A stretch of DNA of 26,548 bases, from positions 1 to 26,548 of the forward strand of contig JASLXV010000021.1 of assembly GCA_030740155.1 (NCBI GenBank), in the 5' to 3' direction. Source of the stretch: Dehalococcoidia bacterium (GTDB lineage: Bacteria; Chloroflexota; Dehalococcoidia; Lucifugimonadales; UBA3495). A program made the position numbers and the translations under genes. Each line of letters opens with the position of its first letter. Position 1 is the first letter of the stretch. Shown in pieces: positions 9,021 to 17,464 of the stretch. The notes below the pieces were generated by a model, which saw nothing but the letters and a program-made list of their open reading frames with translations, was not told the DNA's origin and searched no databases.

Positions 9021-9875
9021 ATGACGGCCAAGCTCGGCATAATCGGCTTCCCGATAAGACACTCAATATCCCCCGTTTTTCAGCAGGCGGCACTGGACCA
9101 CCTACACATCGACGCCACCTATCAGGCCTGGGAAGTGGCCCCCGGCGACGTGGCGGAGTTTGTCCAACGGCTTCGAGACCCTGAGACGCTGGGCATCAAC
9201 GTCACCGTGCCCCACAAAGAGGCGGTGATCCCTTACCTGGACGAGTTCGACGACTCGGCCACCGCCGCTGGCGCGGTCAACACCATCGTCAACCGGGGCG
9301 GGCGGCTCAGCGGGCACAATACTGACGGGACGGGCTTTCTGCGGGCGTTGCGCGACGCCGGCAGCTTCGACCCTCGAGGCCGCCAGGTGCTGCTCCTGGG
9401 CGCCGGCGGCGCGGCTCGCGGCGTATCCCTTTCCCTCATACTGGAGGGCGTAGGCCATCTGACCATCGCCAACCGCACCTTGAGCCGGGCGGAGGCTCTG
9501 CTCAAGGTGGCCGGCGTCCACGGAGTCAGCGCCCAGGCCATCCCACTGGAAGGGGCTGCCCTCGCCGCGGCGGCGGCTTCCGCCGATCTCATCGTCAACT
9601 GCACCACCATCGGCATGTCCCACGGCCCCGGCGAAACGGGCGCCCTGCTGTCCCGGGAGCAAATACCTTCAACCGCCCTGGTCAACGACCTGGTGTATAA
9701 TCCCCTGGAAACCCCTTTGCTCCGGGAGGCCTCCCAGGCCGGGGCCCGCACCTTGGGCGGGATCCACATGCTGGTGTACCAGGGCGCGGCCTCCTTCCAG
9801 ATGTGGACCGGGCAAGACGCGCCGGTGGAGGTGATGCTCGAGGCAGCCACCCGGGCCATGAGAGAACGGGCCTAG
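9021..9875 (+). CDS. aroE: Shikimate dehydrogenase
   Basis: HSISP, NVTVPHK, GAVNT, GHNTDG, GAGGAA Rossmann motif, IANRT, DLVYNPLET and MLVYQG. Confidence 0.95.
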   Translation: MTAKLGIIGFPIRHSISPVFQQAALDHLHIDATYQAWEVAPGDVAEFVQRLRDPETLGINVTVPHKEAVIPYLDEFDDSATAAGAVNTIVNRGGRLSGHNTDGTGFLRALRDAGSFDPRGRQVLLLGAGGAARGVSLSLILEGVGHLTIANRTLSRAEALLKVAGVHGVSAQAIPLEGAALAAAAASADLIVNCTTIGMSHGPGETGALLSREQIPSTALVNDLVYNPLETPLLREASQAGARTLGGIHMLVYQGAASFQMWTGQDAPVEVMLEAATRAMRERA

Positions 9876-9908
9876 GGGCCTGGTCCGGCGCGATGCTTCC
9901 ACCTGTGA

Positions 9909-10241
9909 GCCACGGAGGCACAGAGGGACGGAGAGAACGCAATCAATGTGCTTTGGCTGGTCAGGGGCCGCTCGCAAGCGCCACCCCGGATTCTCGCCAA
10001 AGGCGCTAATGGTATCACATGACCAGTCCTCCGTGACTCTGTGTCTCAGTGGCAAAACATTTGAGACACTGAGAAACCGCGGCGCAGAGACAGAGCGCGC
10101 GCGCAATCGGTTGGTTGGGAGTAAATAGGCGCCACCCCGGATTCCCGCCGGCGGCGCCAATAGAATAATATAACAAGAACTCTGTGTCTCCGTGCCTCTG
10201 TGGCAAATCGTTCGAGACCCAGAGACGCGAAGGCACGGAGA
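9909..10241. repeat. Tandem ~150-bp REPIN/MITE-like units with (CTCnGTGn)3 inverted arms
   Basis: Ungapped direct repeat 9978-10090 vs 10129-10241 (83/113 identical by hand count, period 151). 9909-9933 is the reverse complement of 10029-10053 at 21/25. Perfect inverted repeat GTGTCTCA/TGAGACAC at 10041-10069. Confidence 0.85.
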
Positions 10242-10250
10242 AGACGCAAC

Positions 10251-11432
10251 ATGGTCCGGTACTTCACGGCGGGCGAGTCCCACGGCCAGGGGCTGGTCAT
10301 CATCATCGAAGGGGTCCCGGCGGGCCTGCCCATCAGCGAAGAGTATATAGCCACGCACCTGGCCCGGCGTCAGCGCGGCTACGGCCGGGGCGGCCGGATG
10401 CTCATCGAGAAGGACCGGGCCCATATTATGTCCGGTGTCCGGCACGGTTACACTTTGGGCAGCCCCATCGGCATGACCCTGGAGAACAAGGACTGGGCCA
10501 ACTGGCAGACGGCAATGGCCGTCGAGCCCGTCGACAATCCGGAGGCCGATCCCCGGGGAAAGCGAGTGACCCGTCTGCGGCCCGGTCACGCCGACCTGCC
10601 GGGGGTCATAAAATACGGGTTCGAGGACGTGCGCAACGTTCTGGAACGTGCCAGCGCCCGGGAGACTGCCGCCCGGGTGGCCGCGGGCGCCGTGGCGATG
10701 CGTTTCCTGGAGGAATTCGGCATCAAGTTGCACAGCCACGTCATCTCCATTGGAGGAGTCTGGGCGAATCCCTCGCCGTCCATCGACTGGGACGCGGTGG
10801 AGGAATCTCCGGTGCGCTGCGCCGACCCGGAAGCGGCCGCCAAGATGATGGCCGAGATCGACGCCGCCCAGGAAGCGGGTGACACCGTGGGCGGAACGGT
10901 GGAGGTTATCGCCGAGGGCGTGCCCATCGGCCTGGGTTCCCACGTCCACTGGGACCGGAAGATCGACGGCCTCGTGGCCCAGGCATTGATGTCCATCAAC
11001 GCCGTCAAGGCCGTGTCCATCGGCCCGGGGTGGGACACCGCCAGCTTCCGCGGCTCCCAGGTGCACGATGTCATCGAACCTGTCACCGACCCCACTCGAC
11101 CCTGGCAGCGCAAGACCAACCGGCTGGGCGGATCCGAAGGAGGCATGACCAACGGAATGCCCCTGGTGGCCCGTTTCGCCATCAAACCCATCGCCTCCCT
11201 GGTTAACCCCCTGCCCTCGGTGGACCTGGACACCGGCGAACTGGTGCAGGCCCACTTCGAGCGTTCCGACGTTTGCCAGGCGCCCCCGGCCGGGGTGATC
11301 GGTGAGGCGGTGGTGGCCCTCGTGCTGATCGACGCCTTCATGGAGAAATTTGGCGGCGACTCCATCGGTGAGACACGCCGCAACCTGGAAGGCTACCTAA
11401 AGACCGTCGGGCCCCGTAAGACCCACCGGTAA
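10251..11432 (+). CDS. aroC: Chorismate synthase
   Basis: MVRYFTAGESHG, RRQRGYGRGGRM, RPGHAD, ERASARETAARVA, GGSEGGMTNG and ERSD motifs. ATG at 10251. Confidence 0.97.
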   Translation: MVRYFTAGESHGQGLVIIIEGVPAGLPISEEYIATHLARRQRGYGRGGRMLIEKDRAHIMSGVRHGYTLGSPIGMTLENKDWANWQTAMAVEPVDNPEADPRGKRVTRLRPGHADLPGVIKYGFEDVRNVLERASARETAARVAAGAVAMRFLEEFGIKLHSHVISIGGVWANPSPSIDWDAVEESPVRCADPEAAAKMMAEIDAAQEAGDTVGGTVEVIAEGVPIGLGSHVHWDRKIDGLVAQALMSINAVKAVSIGPGWDTASFRGSQVHDVIEPVTDPTRPWQRKTNRLGGSEGGMTNGMPLVARFAIKPIASLVNPLPSVDLDTGELVQAHFERSDVCQAPPAGVIGEAVVALVLIDAFMEKFGGDSIGETRRNLEGYLKTVGPRKTHR

Positions 11433-11449
11433 GACGCGGCGCCGTCGCT

Positions 11450-12538
11450 TTGAGAACCGTGGCTCTACCCGAAGAGCGAGCAATCTCCCTCACCCACCCT
11501 TCCATCGGTCTCCCCGCTTCTTTATGGGTGGGGATCGGCCTCTTCGGGCTGGCGGGCGGGGCATTCCTGCTGTTCTTCACCGGACCGGTGCTGGACGGCC
11601 TGGTGCGGCTGGCGGAAAGCTACCGGGCCGGAGGCTCACCCCTCTCTGACGAAAGGGTCGCCGCTCTGGAGCATGGGGTTCGGGTCTGGGGATGGTCCGG
11701 GCTCCTGATCTGGGGTGTCACCCTTCCCCTGTGGCGCCTCCGCGTCCGCGCCTACCTGGCCGGAATGTTCCACCGGTTGATGCTCCTCGCCTTTCGGCCG
11801 TTGCCACTCCCGGCCGACCGGTACAGCCGCAGATTTTTCGTCGCGGTAGCCGGCGTTCTGGCCTTTACTTTGTTGACCCACTGGTCACTGACGGCCTACA
11901 AAGACGTGGCCTGGTTCGGCGGGGAGGACGGGGTGAGTGAATGGTGGTCGGTGGCCACCTACCTGGCCGGCGCCGCTATGGCCGGCGCCACCGGCTGGAT
12001 GCTACGAGGAACCGGGCACCCCCGGCTGGCGTTGTTTCACGCCGTGCTCGCCGCCTCGTTGCTGATCGGGGCCATGGAGGAGATCAGTTGGGGGCAACGT
12101 CTCTTCGACTGGGGCACGCCCGCGGCCTTGAGCGAGATCAACGAGCAAGGCGAGACCACCCTCCACAACTTGGAGTCGGTGGACTCGGTCATATCCAGCA
12201 TCCTTTTCGGGGCGAGCTTGACGGCCCTGGCCGGCGCCGCCATCCGTGCGGCCTGGCACCGTTCCGGCCGGGTTACCAGCGCCGATCTGGTACTGCCCTC
12301 GCTGGTCCTGGCGCCCTCCCTGCTCATGATTCTAGTCTGGCGCGTGGGCAACTTCTGGACGCCGGTCAACCTGCCCCGGCTGTTGATGGAGGCCTTCGAT
12401 TTCGGGCCCCAGGGCTCGGAGGTACCCGAGGTGTTGCTGGGTCTGTGTCTCTGCATTTATACTTACGCCAACCTGACGCGGGCCACTATCCTGCGGCGCC
12501 TTGGGGCCGCCACCCCCGGGCAACGGACCGGCGACTGA
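11450..12538 (+). CDS. Hypothetical multi-pass membrane protein
   Basis: 362-aa ORF 17 nt after aroC with many hydrophobic segments. Polar motifs GEDGVSE, EEISWGQR, EQGETTLHN and SEVPE. Start codon uncertain. Confidence 0.7.
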   Translation: MRTVALPEERAISLTHPSIGLPASLWVGIGLFGLAGGAFLLFFTGPVLDGLVRLAESYRAGGSPLSDERVAALEHGVRVWGWSGLLIWGVTLPLWRLRVRAYLAGMFHRLMLLAFRPLPLPADRYSRRFFVAVAGVLAFTLLTHWSLTAYKDVAWFGGEDGVSEWWSVATYLAGAAMAGATGWMLRGTGHPRLALFHAVLAASLLIGAMEEISWGQRLFDWGTPAALSEINEQGETTLHNLESVDSVISSILFGASLTALAGAAIRAAWHRSGRVTSADLVLPSLVLAPSLLMILVWRVGNFWTPVNLPRLLMEAFDFGPQGSEVPEVLLGLCLCIYTYANLTRATILRRLGAATPGQRTGD

Positions 12539-12848
12539 ATCCGGCCCCTATGGAACAGCCCGCGGTTCGGTGAACTCATTGACAGTCCTCCAATTGCACT
12601 TTTCCTCGCGGACGGCAAAGGGGGACCTCCCCAGCCCTTGGGAACCCCTGTGCAAATGAAGAGGGATTTGCCTTACATCTGTCATTCCGGGGAGCCAGGC
12701 GGCAAGGAATACGGTGCGGGGTCTTTCCATGGCAGCCTAGACCCACCACCCCAGACCCATCGCTTCACTCAGGGTGACCTAATCCAGAGTATTTTTGAGG
12801 CAAGGCCATGAAGAGGGATCGAGGTAAGGGTCCGGTCCGGAGTACTTC

Positions 12849-13628
12849 TTGAGACCAACGGCGCGCTTCCCAACCGGGCGCACCTGGCATGGCCCGGTTC
12901 TGGTCCGGGTGTTCGGCGTCCTCTTTGCGGTCGAGGCGGTGCTCGTTGCTCTGAACGCAGTTGCCTCCCATTGGACCTGGAACCTGTCCCTGAAACGCAA
13001 CGTGCCCACCTTCTACCACAGCGCCATCCTGGTGGCCGTGGCCCTCAGCCTTTGGTGCATTGGGGGCTTTGGGGTCCGTGTGGCGGCGCCGGGCCGTCCT
13101 GCCGGTGTACCAGGCGCCGCTTTGGCTGGCCACGGGAGCCCTGTTCCTGTACCTTGCCATCGACGAGGCGGCGGAGATTCACGAACGGGCCGGCCCAAGG
13201 TGTGGCAAACCCTGGGGATGTGGGATTGGCTGGAACATATCTGGGAGGCCGCCTTCGCCCCGCTCTTCGGGTTGATCGCCCTGTTGATCGCCCTGTTGAT
13301 GCTAACCTTGATGCTCCGGCACCGGCGCCACCTAGCGGCGTTCTTGTGGCTGGGCCTGGCCGCCTTGGCCCTGTGGGGAACGGCGTTGGTGTTAGAGCTG
13401 ATGCAGCTGACCTTCCTGCCCTCCAGGCAGCCCTGGTACGCCTTGGCGGTCAACGTGGAAGAAACCCTGGAGATGGTGGCGTCGACCCTGTTCCTGCTGG
13501 GTTGTGCCCTCTTGCTGCGCCGCATCCTCGGCCGGGACCACCCAAAGCCGGCCGTGGAGGAGAGTGAGGGGGCTACTCCGTTGAGCCCCATCCAAGCCCT
13601 CTCCCTTCGGAAGGAGGAAGTAATTTGA
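12849..13628 (+). CDS. Hypothetical membrane protein with two compensating internal frameshifts (possible pseudogene or sequence error)
   Basis: The N- and C-terminal parts of ORF 12849..13628 are hydrophobic. Between ~13065 and ~13198 the plausible sequence (LWLATGALFLYLAIDEAAEIHER) lies in the +1 frame (ORF 13060). GGAG precedes TTG 12849. Confidence 0.6.
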   Translation: MRPTARFPTGRTWHGPVLVRVFGVLFAVEAVLVALNAVASHWTWNLSLKRNVPTFYHSAILVAVALSLWCIGGFGVRVAAPGRPAGVPGAALAGHGSPVPVPCHRRGGGDSRTGRPKVWQTLGMWDWLEHIWEAAFAPLFGLIALLIALLMLTLMLRHRRHLAAFLWLGLAALALWGTALVLELMQLTFLPSRQPWYALAVNVEETLEMVASTLFLLGCALLLRRILGRDHPKPAVEESEGATPLSPIQALSLRKEEVI

Positions 13629-13665
13629 CCTCTCCCCATTCTCAAGGGGGAGATTAGAGGGGGTT
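13586..13665. repeat. Cluster of degenerate CCCTCTCCC/GGGGAGA-type palindromes
   Basis: CCCTCTCCCTTCGGAAGGAGG, then TCTCCCC (13631-13637)/GGGGAGA (13647-13653), followed by AGAGGGGG. Resembles the valS element. Confidence 0.45.
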
Positions 13666-13706
13666 CACCCCCACCGCCTACAAGCTCTTAAGTAGGGGAG
13701 GAAACT

Positions 13707-14711
13707 ATGAAGTTCGGCGTAACCATTCTACCCGAGAACCTTGCCAAGCTCCCGGCGCGGGCGCGCCTTGCGGAAGAGGTGGGGTTCGACTACCTGGGCA
13801 TCGCTGAGTCCCAGTCGTTGTTCCGGGAACTCTACGTCAGCTTGAGCGTGGTGGCCCAGGCGACAAAAAGGGCCCGACTCGGTCCGACGGTCTCCAATCC
13901 CCTGACCCGCCACCCCGCGGTAACCGCCTCGGCCATCGCCTCGGTTAACGAACTCTCCGGGGGGCGGGCGTTCCTGGGAATCGGTACCGGCGACAGCGCG
14001 GTGCTCAATCTGGGGCTCCGTCCGGCCCGTCTGGCCCAGGTCAAAGAGTACATGGACGCGGTCCGGGCCGTGCTATCGGGAGAGTCTTACGAGTACCAAA
14101 AGCGAAGTATTCATGTGGGCTGGTCCCGCACGGTGGTGCCCTTCCTCATGTCGGCGGAAGGGCCCAGGACCCTGGCCATGGCGGGGGCGGAGGCCGACGC
14201 GGTCCTGGTCCACACCGGGCTGACCTCCGAGGTACTTCGAGACTCGGTGGAACGGATCCGGGAGGGAGAGCGGGCCGCCGGGAAACCGGAGGGTTCGACG
14301 GAGGTGTGGGCCTTCGCCAAATGCAATGTCGCCGACCGCCGGGAGCAGGCCATCGAAGAGATCAAGATGGCCCTAGCCGCCAGCGGGCACCACGCCTTTC
14401 GCTTCACCCTTGAAGGCAAACATGTTCCCGAGGAACTCAAAGAGCCCATCGCGAATCTCCAGCGAGAGTACGTGCCGGCGCAGCACGAGCAACTGGGCAA
14501 GACGCGAAACGCCGCCCTGAGCGACGAACTGGGGCTGACCGACTACTTGGCGGAGCGGTTCGCCGTGGCCGGAACGCCCGCCGAGTGCCGGGAGAAGACC
14601 AAGGCCATCGAGCAGGCGGGAGTTGGCGTGCTATTCATCACGGCCATCGGCCCCAACCCCGAAGAGATCATCAAGCGGTTCGGCGAGGAGGTAATCGCCC
14701 ATTACAACTGA
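13707..14711 (+). CDS. LLM-class (luciferase-like) flavin/F420-dependent oxidoreductase, Mer-like
   Basis: AEEVGFDYLGIAES, LGPTVSNPLTRHPAVTASA, ELSGGRAFLGIGTGD, GPRTLAMAG..AD and AGTPAEC motifs. Strong GGGGAGG Shine-Dalgarno. Confidence 0.9.
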   Translation: MKFGVTILPENLAKLPARARLAEEVGFDYLGIAESQSLFRELYVSLSVVAQATKRARLGPTVSNPLTRHPAVTASAIASVNELSGGRAFLGIGTGDSAVLNLGLRPARLAQVKEYMDAVRAVLSGESYEYQKRSIHVGWSRTVVPFLMSAEGPRTLAMAGAEADAVLVHTGLTSEVLRDSVERIREGERAAGKPEGSTEVWAFAKCNVADRREQAIEEIKMALAASGHHAFRFTLEGKHVPEELKEPIANLQREYVPAQHEQLGKTRNAALSDELGLTDYLAERFAVAGTPAECREKTKAIEQAGVGVLFITAIGPNPEEIIKRFGEEVIAHYN

Positions 14712-14898
14712 CGCAATTCGTAACCACCAGCGTACATATGGGTTGACTAGCGCGAAATTTCAGATGAAATAGTTATCAGTCACAAACGTTTGCACCGAGC
14801 GTCATTCGTAGCCGTTCAACGAAGGATGACACTGGCCGGAAACGGTGTGACCGGTAAATAGAGCCGAGCTTGAAACTTTGGCTTGAGGAGGATCCAGC

Positions 14899-15183
14899 AT
14901 GTACGGGAAAGTCGATATAGAGATTACCTACTGCGTACCTTGACAGCACCACGCCACCGCCACGTGGATGGCGAATGAGTTTTTCCGGCACTTTGGCCCC
15001 GACGCGGCCATCTCCATCTCTCCGCGAGACAAGGGAATCATGGAAGTCTTCCTGGACGGGGAGACGATATTCGATAAGAAAGCCGAAGGCAACACCTACC
15101 CCGACCTAAAGCGGGTCAGGACAATGATGGAGGTCATCCGCGAGAAGATCTCTAGCCTGGAGCCGGCTCCCGCCGATGACTAG
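14899..15183 (+). CDS. Rdx family (SelT/SelW/SelH) selenoprotein, CxxU
   Basis: GAGGAGG Shine-Dalgarno and ATG 14899 give MYGKVDIEITYCVP-UGA(14941-14943)-QHHATATWMANEFF..., in frame with ORF 14968..15183 (GIMEVFLDGETIFDKK...YPD). 94 codons including Sec. Confidence 0.85.
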
Positions 15184-15214
15184 CTAGCGGCGTCCGGCCT
15201 GGATATGTCGGCAG

Positions 15215-15240
15215 CAGCCCCTCCCTCAAAGGAGGGGCTG
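15215..15240. terminator. Perfect hairpin between convergent genes, overlapping the tmk stop; possible terminator
   Basis: CAGCCCCTCC-CTCAAA-GGAGGGGCTG forms a 10-bp stem, followed by TACTTTT on the + strand. Confidence 0.5.
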
Positions 15241-15846
15241 TACTTTTGTCCAGATTTGCTGGGAGAGTTCCCGCCGCGGCCGCCTCCCATCCAATACCAG
15301 CCAGCGGCCGGGGTCTTGGGCTGCCATGGCCAGGTAACCGTCCCGCACCTTCCTGTGGAACTCCAGGGGCGCGGCATCAAACGTATCGGCCTCCGGGTTA
15401 CGTTTTCTTGCCAGCCCAGTTTGAACGGGTAGGTCGAGCAGCACCGTCAGGTCGGGGGACAATCCGCCCGTGGCCGCCCGGTTGAGCTGATCCAACAGGT
15501 CCAAGTCCAGTCCGCGCCCGTGACCCTGGTAGGCCACGGTAGACGCCGTATAGCGGTCGCTGATGACCGTTACACCCGTCTCCAGCGCCGGCCGGACAAC
15601 TTCTTCCACCAGTTGGGCTCGGGCCGCGATAAACAGGGACAACTCGCTGAGGAGGGCCAGGTTGCGGCCCCGTTTTAGCCAGCGTCGTAATGTTTCCCCT
15701 AGTGGAGTACCGCCCGGCTCCCGGGTCAGCAGAGCGTTGAAGCCCTCCCGGCGAAGCCGATGGAACAGAGAGCGAGCCTGAGTGCTCTTGCCCGAGCCAT
15801 CCTGGCCTTCAAAAACGATGAACAACGCCGCGCCATGGCCCGGCAT
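15226..15846 (-). CDS. tmk: Thymidylate kinase
   Basis: FIVFEGQDGSGKSTQ P-loop, TREPGGT, LFIAARAQ, DRY..STVAYQG and PDLTVLLD. ATG 15846 overlaps the upstream TGA (TGATG). Confidence 0.95.
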   Translation of the reverse strand: MPGHGAALFIVFEGQDGSGKSTQARSLFHRLRREGFNALLTREPGGTPLGETLRRWLKRGRNLALLSELSLFIAARAQLVEEVVRPALETGVTVISDRYTASTVAYQGHGRGLDLDLLDQLNRAATGGLSPDLTVLLDLPVQTGLARKRNPEADTFDAAPLEFHRKVRDGYLAMAAQDPGRWLVLDGRRPRRELSQQIWTKVQPLL

Positions 15847-17462
15847 CAGGGCTTGTAGAACATGACGGACCGCTCCGAGTCCCGCCCGTGACTGATCGAA
15901 GCCACGTTGCACCGGTGGCCCAGCAGGTGCTGCAGCCGCCGCACGTAAGACCGCTGGGGTTGGAGCTTCACCGAGGACTCGCCGTTCAACACCCGGCTGG
16001 CCGCATCCTCGGCCTCCTGCATCGCCAGTTCCAAGACCTCCTCAGAGGGCTGCTCCTGCTGGCCGGGTTCTCCGTTGCCGAAGCCCCACTCCTTGGAGAG
16101 GGCCCGGAGGAACTCCTGCACGTGGGGCATGGTGTTCTTGCGGAGCACATAGACCGGCTTCCCGTTGGTCTCGGCAATTCGCACCAACTGAGAACCGCGC
16201 CGGTAATGGGTCTTGGTGGTCAAGACCACGTCGGCCAGACGCAACTCACTGGCGGTCTGCACTGAAATGCCGGTCTCGGCCACCGCTGCCTCCAGCTTGT
16301 CCCGGCCCACGCCGAACAGGAAGACCCGGGTATCCACGTCATGCACCATTTCGCCGGAGGAGCCGGGCGCCAAGGCTTCACGCCGGTCCGCCTGGACGGA
16401 ATCCGGCGACCAGGGAGCCGGCCTGGCCTCACTGAGCCGCGCCGGATCATGGCCCCGGTTCACCATCCCATCTTCATCCAGCCAGCGGGCTTCCGAAGCT
16501 ACCGGGTAGCCGCGAAGCCATTGGTCCACCACGTTGGCCACTCCATCGTGGACGCCCAATCGATCCCATCCCTGAATCTCCACCACCACGTCGAAGGTGG
16601 GCGGCGCCTTACGCTCCAGGACGCTCTTCCGGGTGCCCCGGTAACGGGCCTCCTGGTCGCCCAGGGTGACCGTCTGCACGCCTCCAACCAGGTCAGACAG
16701 AGTGGGGTTCATGATCAGATTGTCGAGGGTATTGCCATGGGCGGTGGCGATGAGCTGGACCCCCCGCTCGGCGATGGTCCGGGCGGCGGCGGCTTCCTGT
16801 TCGGTCCCCATTTCGTCGATAATGATGACCTCGGGCATGTGGTTCTCCACCGCCTCGATCATCACCGCATGCTGATTGGCCGGGGTTGTAACCTGCATTC
16901 TCCGGGAGCGGCCGATGGCCTGGTGGGGCACGTCTCCGTCGCCGGCGATCTCATTCGAAGTGTCGACGATTATGACTCGTTTCTTGGCGTCCACGGACAG
17001 GACCCGGGCCGTCTCCCGGAGCATGGTTGTCTTACCCACGCCGGGCCGGCCCAGCAACAGTATGTTCTTCCCGGAGAAAGCCAGGTCCTCGATCATCTTG
17101 ATGGTGCCGAAGATTGCCCGGCCCACCCGGCAGGTTATTCCCACCACCCGGCCCCGGCGGTTGCGAATGGCGGATATCCGGTGCAGGGTCCGTTCGATGC
17201 CAGCCCGGTTGTCGTCACCGAAGTCGCCCACTCGCCGCATCACCTGCTCGAGGTCCTCGGAGGCGATTTCCAGTGCGTCCAGGGGCACGTCACCCGAGGG
17301 AAACCTCGCCTCGGGTACCCTACCCAGGTCCAGGACCACCTCCAGCAGCTCCTCTAAGTCGTCCCGGCCCCTTAGACTATCCACCACCCTCTGGGGTAGA
17401 ACATCGAGCAATTGGTCCAGCTCTTGCCTCACCAATTCTCGCATCGTTGACACCGTTACCAA
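15846..17462 (-). CDS. SpoIIIAA/Ycf45-like AAA ATPase with C-terminal R3H domain
   Basis: EVVLDLGRVPEAR, DNRAGIERTLHRIS, Walker A GRPGVGKTT, VDTSNEIAGDG, Walker B IIIDE, ATAHG and R3H motif RRLQH. GGAGG precedes TTG 17462. Confidence 0.9.
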   Translation of the reverse strand: MVTVSTMRELVRQELDQLLDVLPQRVVDSLRGRDDLEELLEVVLDLGRVPEARFPSGDVPLDALEIASEDLEQVMRRVGDFGDDNRAGIERTLHRISAIRNRRGRVVGITCRVGRAIFGTIKMIEDLAFSGKNILLLGRPGVGKTTMLRETARVLSVDAKKRVIIVDTSNEIAGDGDVPHQAIGRSRRMQVTTPANQHAVMIEAVENHMPEVIIIDEMGTEQEAAAARTIAERGVQLIATAHGNTLDNLIMNPTLSDLVGGVQTVTLGDQEARYRGTRKSVLERKAPPTFDVVVEIQGWDRLGVHDGVANVVDQWLRGYPVASEARWLDEDGMVNRGHDPARLSEARPAPWSPDSVQADRREALAPGSSGEMVHDVDTRVFLFGVGRDKLEAAVAETGISVQTASELRLADVVLTTKTHYRRGSQLVRIAETNGKPVYVLRKNTMPHVQEFLRALSKEWGFGNGEPGQQEQPSEEVLELAMQEAEDAASRVLNGESSVKLQPQRSYVRRLQHLLGHRCNVASISHGRDSERSVMFYKP

Positions 17463-17464
17463 CC

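Noticed and set aside
9909..10241. CRISPR array
   Set aside because: Units are ~150 bp with similar rather than unique cores and degenerate inverted arms; no cas genes are in the window.
7613..11383. Long antisense ORFs (e.g. 7613..9040, 9669..11255, 10586..11383) and similar overlapping ORFs elsewhere
   Set aside because: Shadow ORFs expected from high-GC codon bias opposite clear genes, with no recognisable motifs.
12579..12610. Promoter at the perfect TTGACA (12579-12584)
   Set aside because: No acceptable -10 hexamer at a 16-18 bp spacing.
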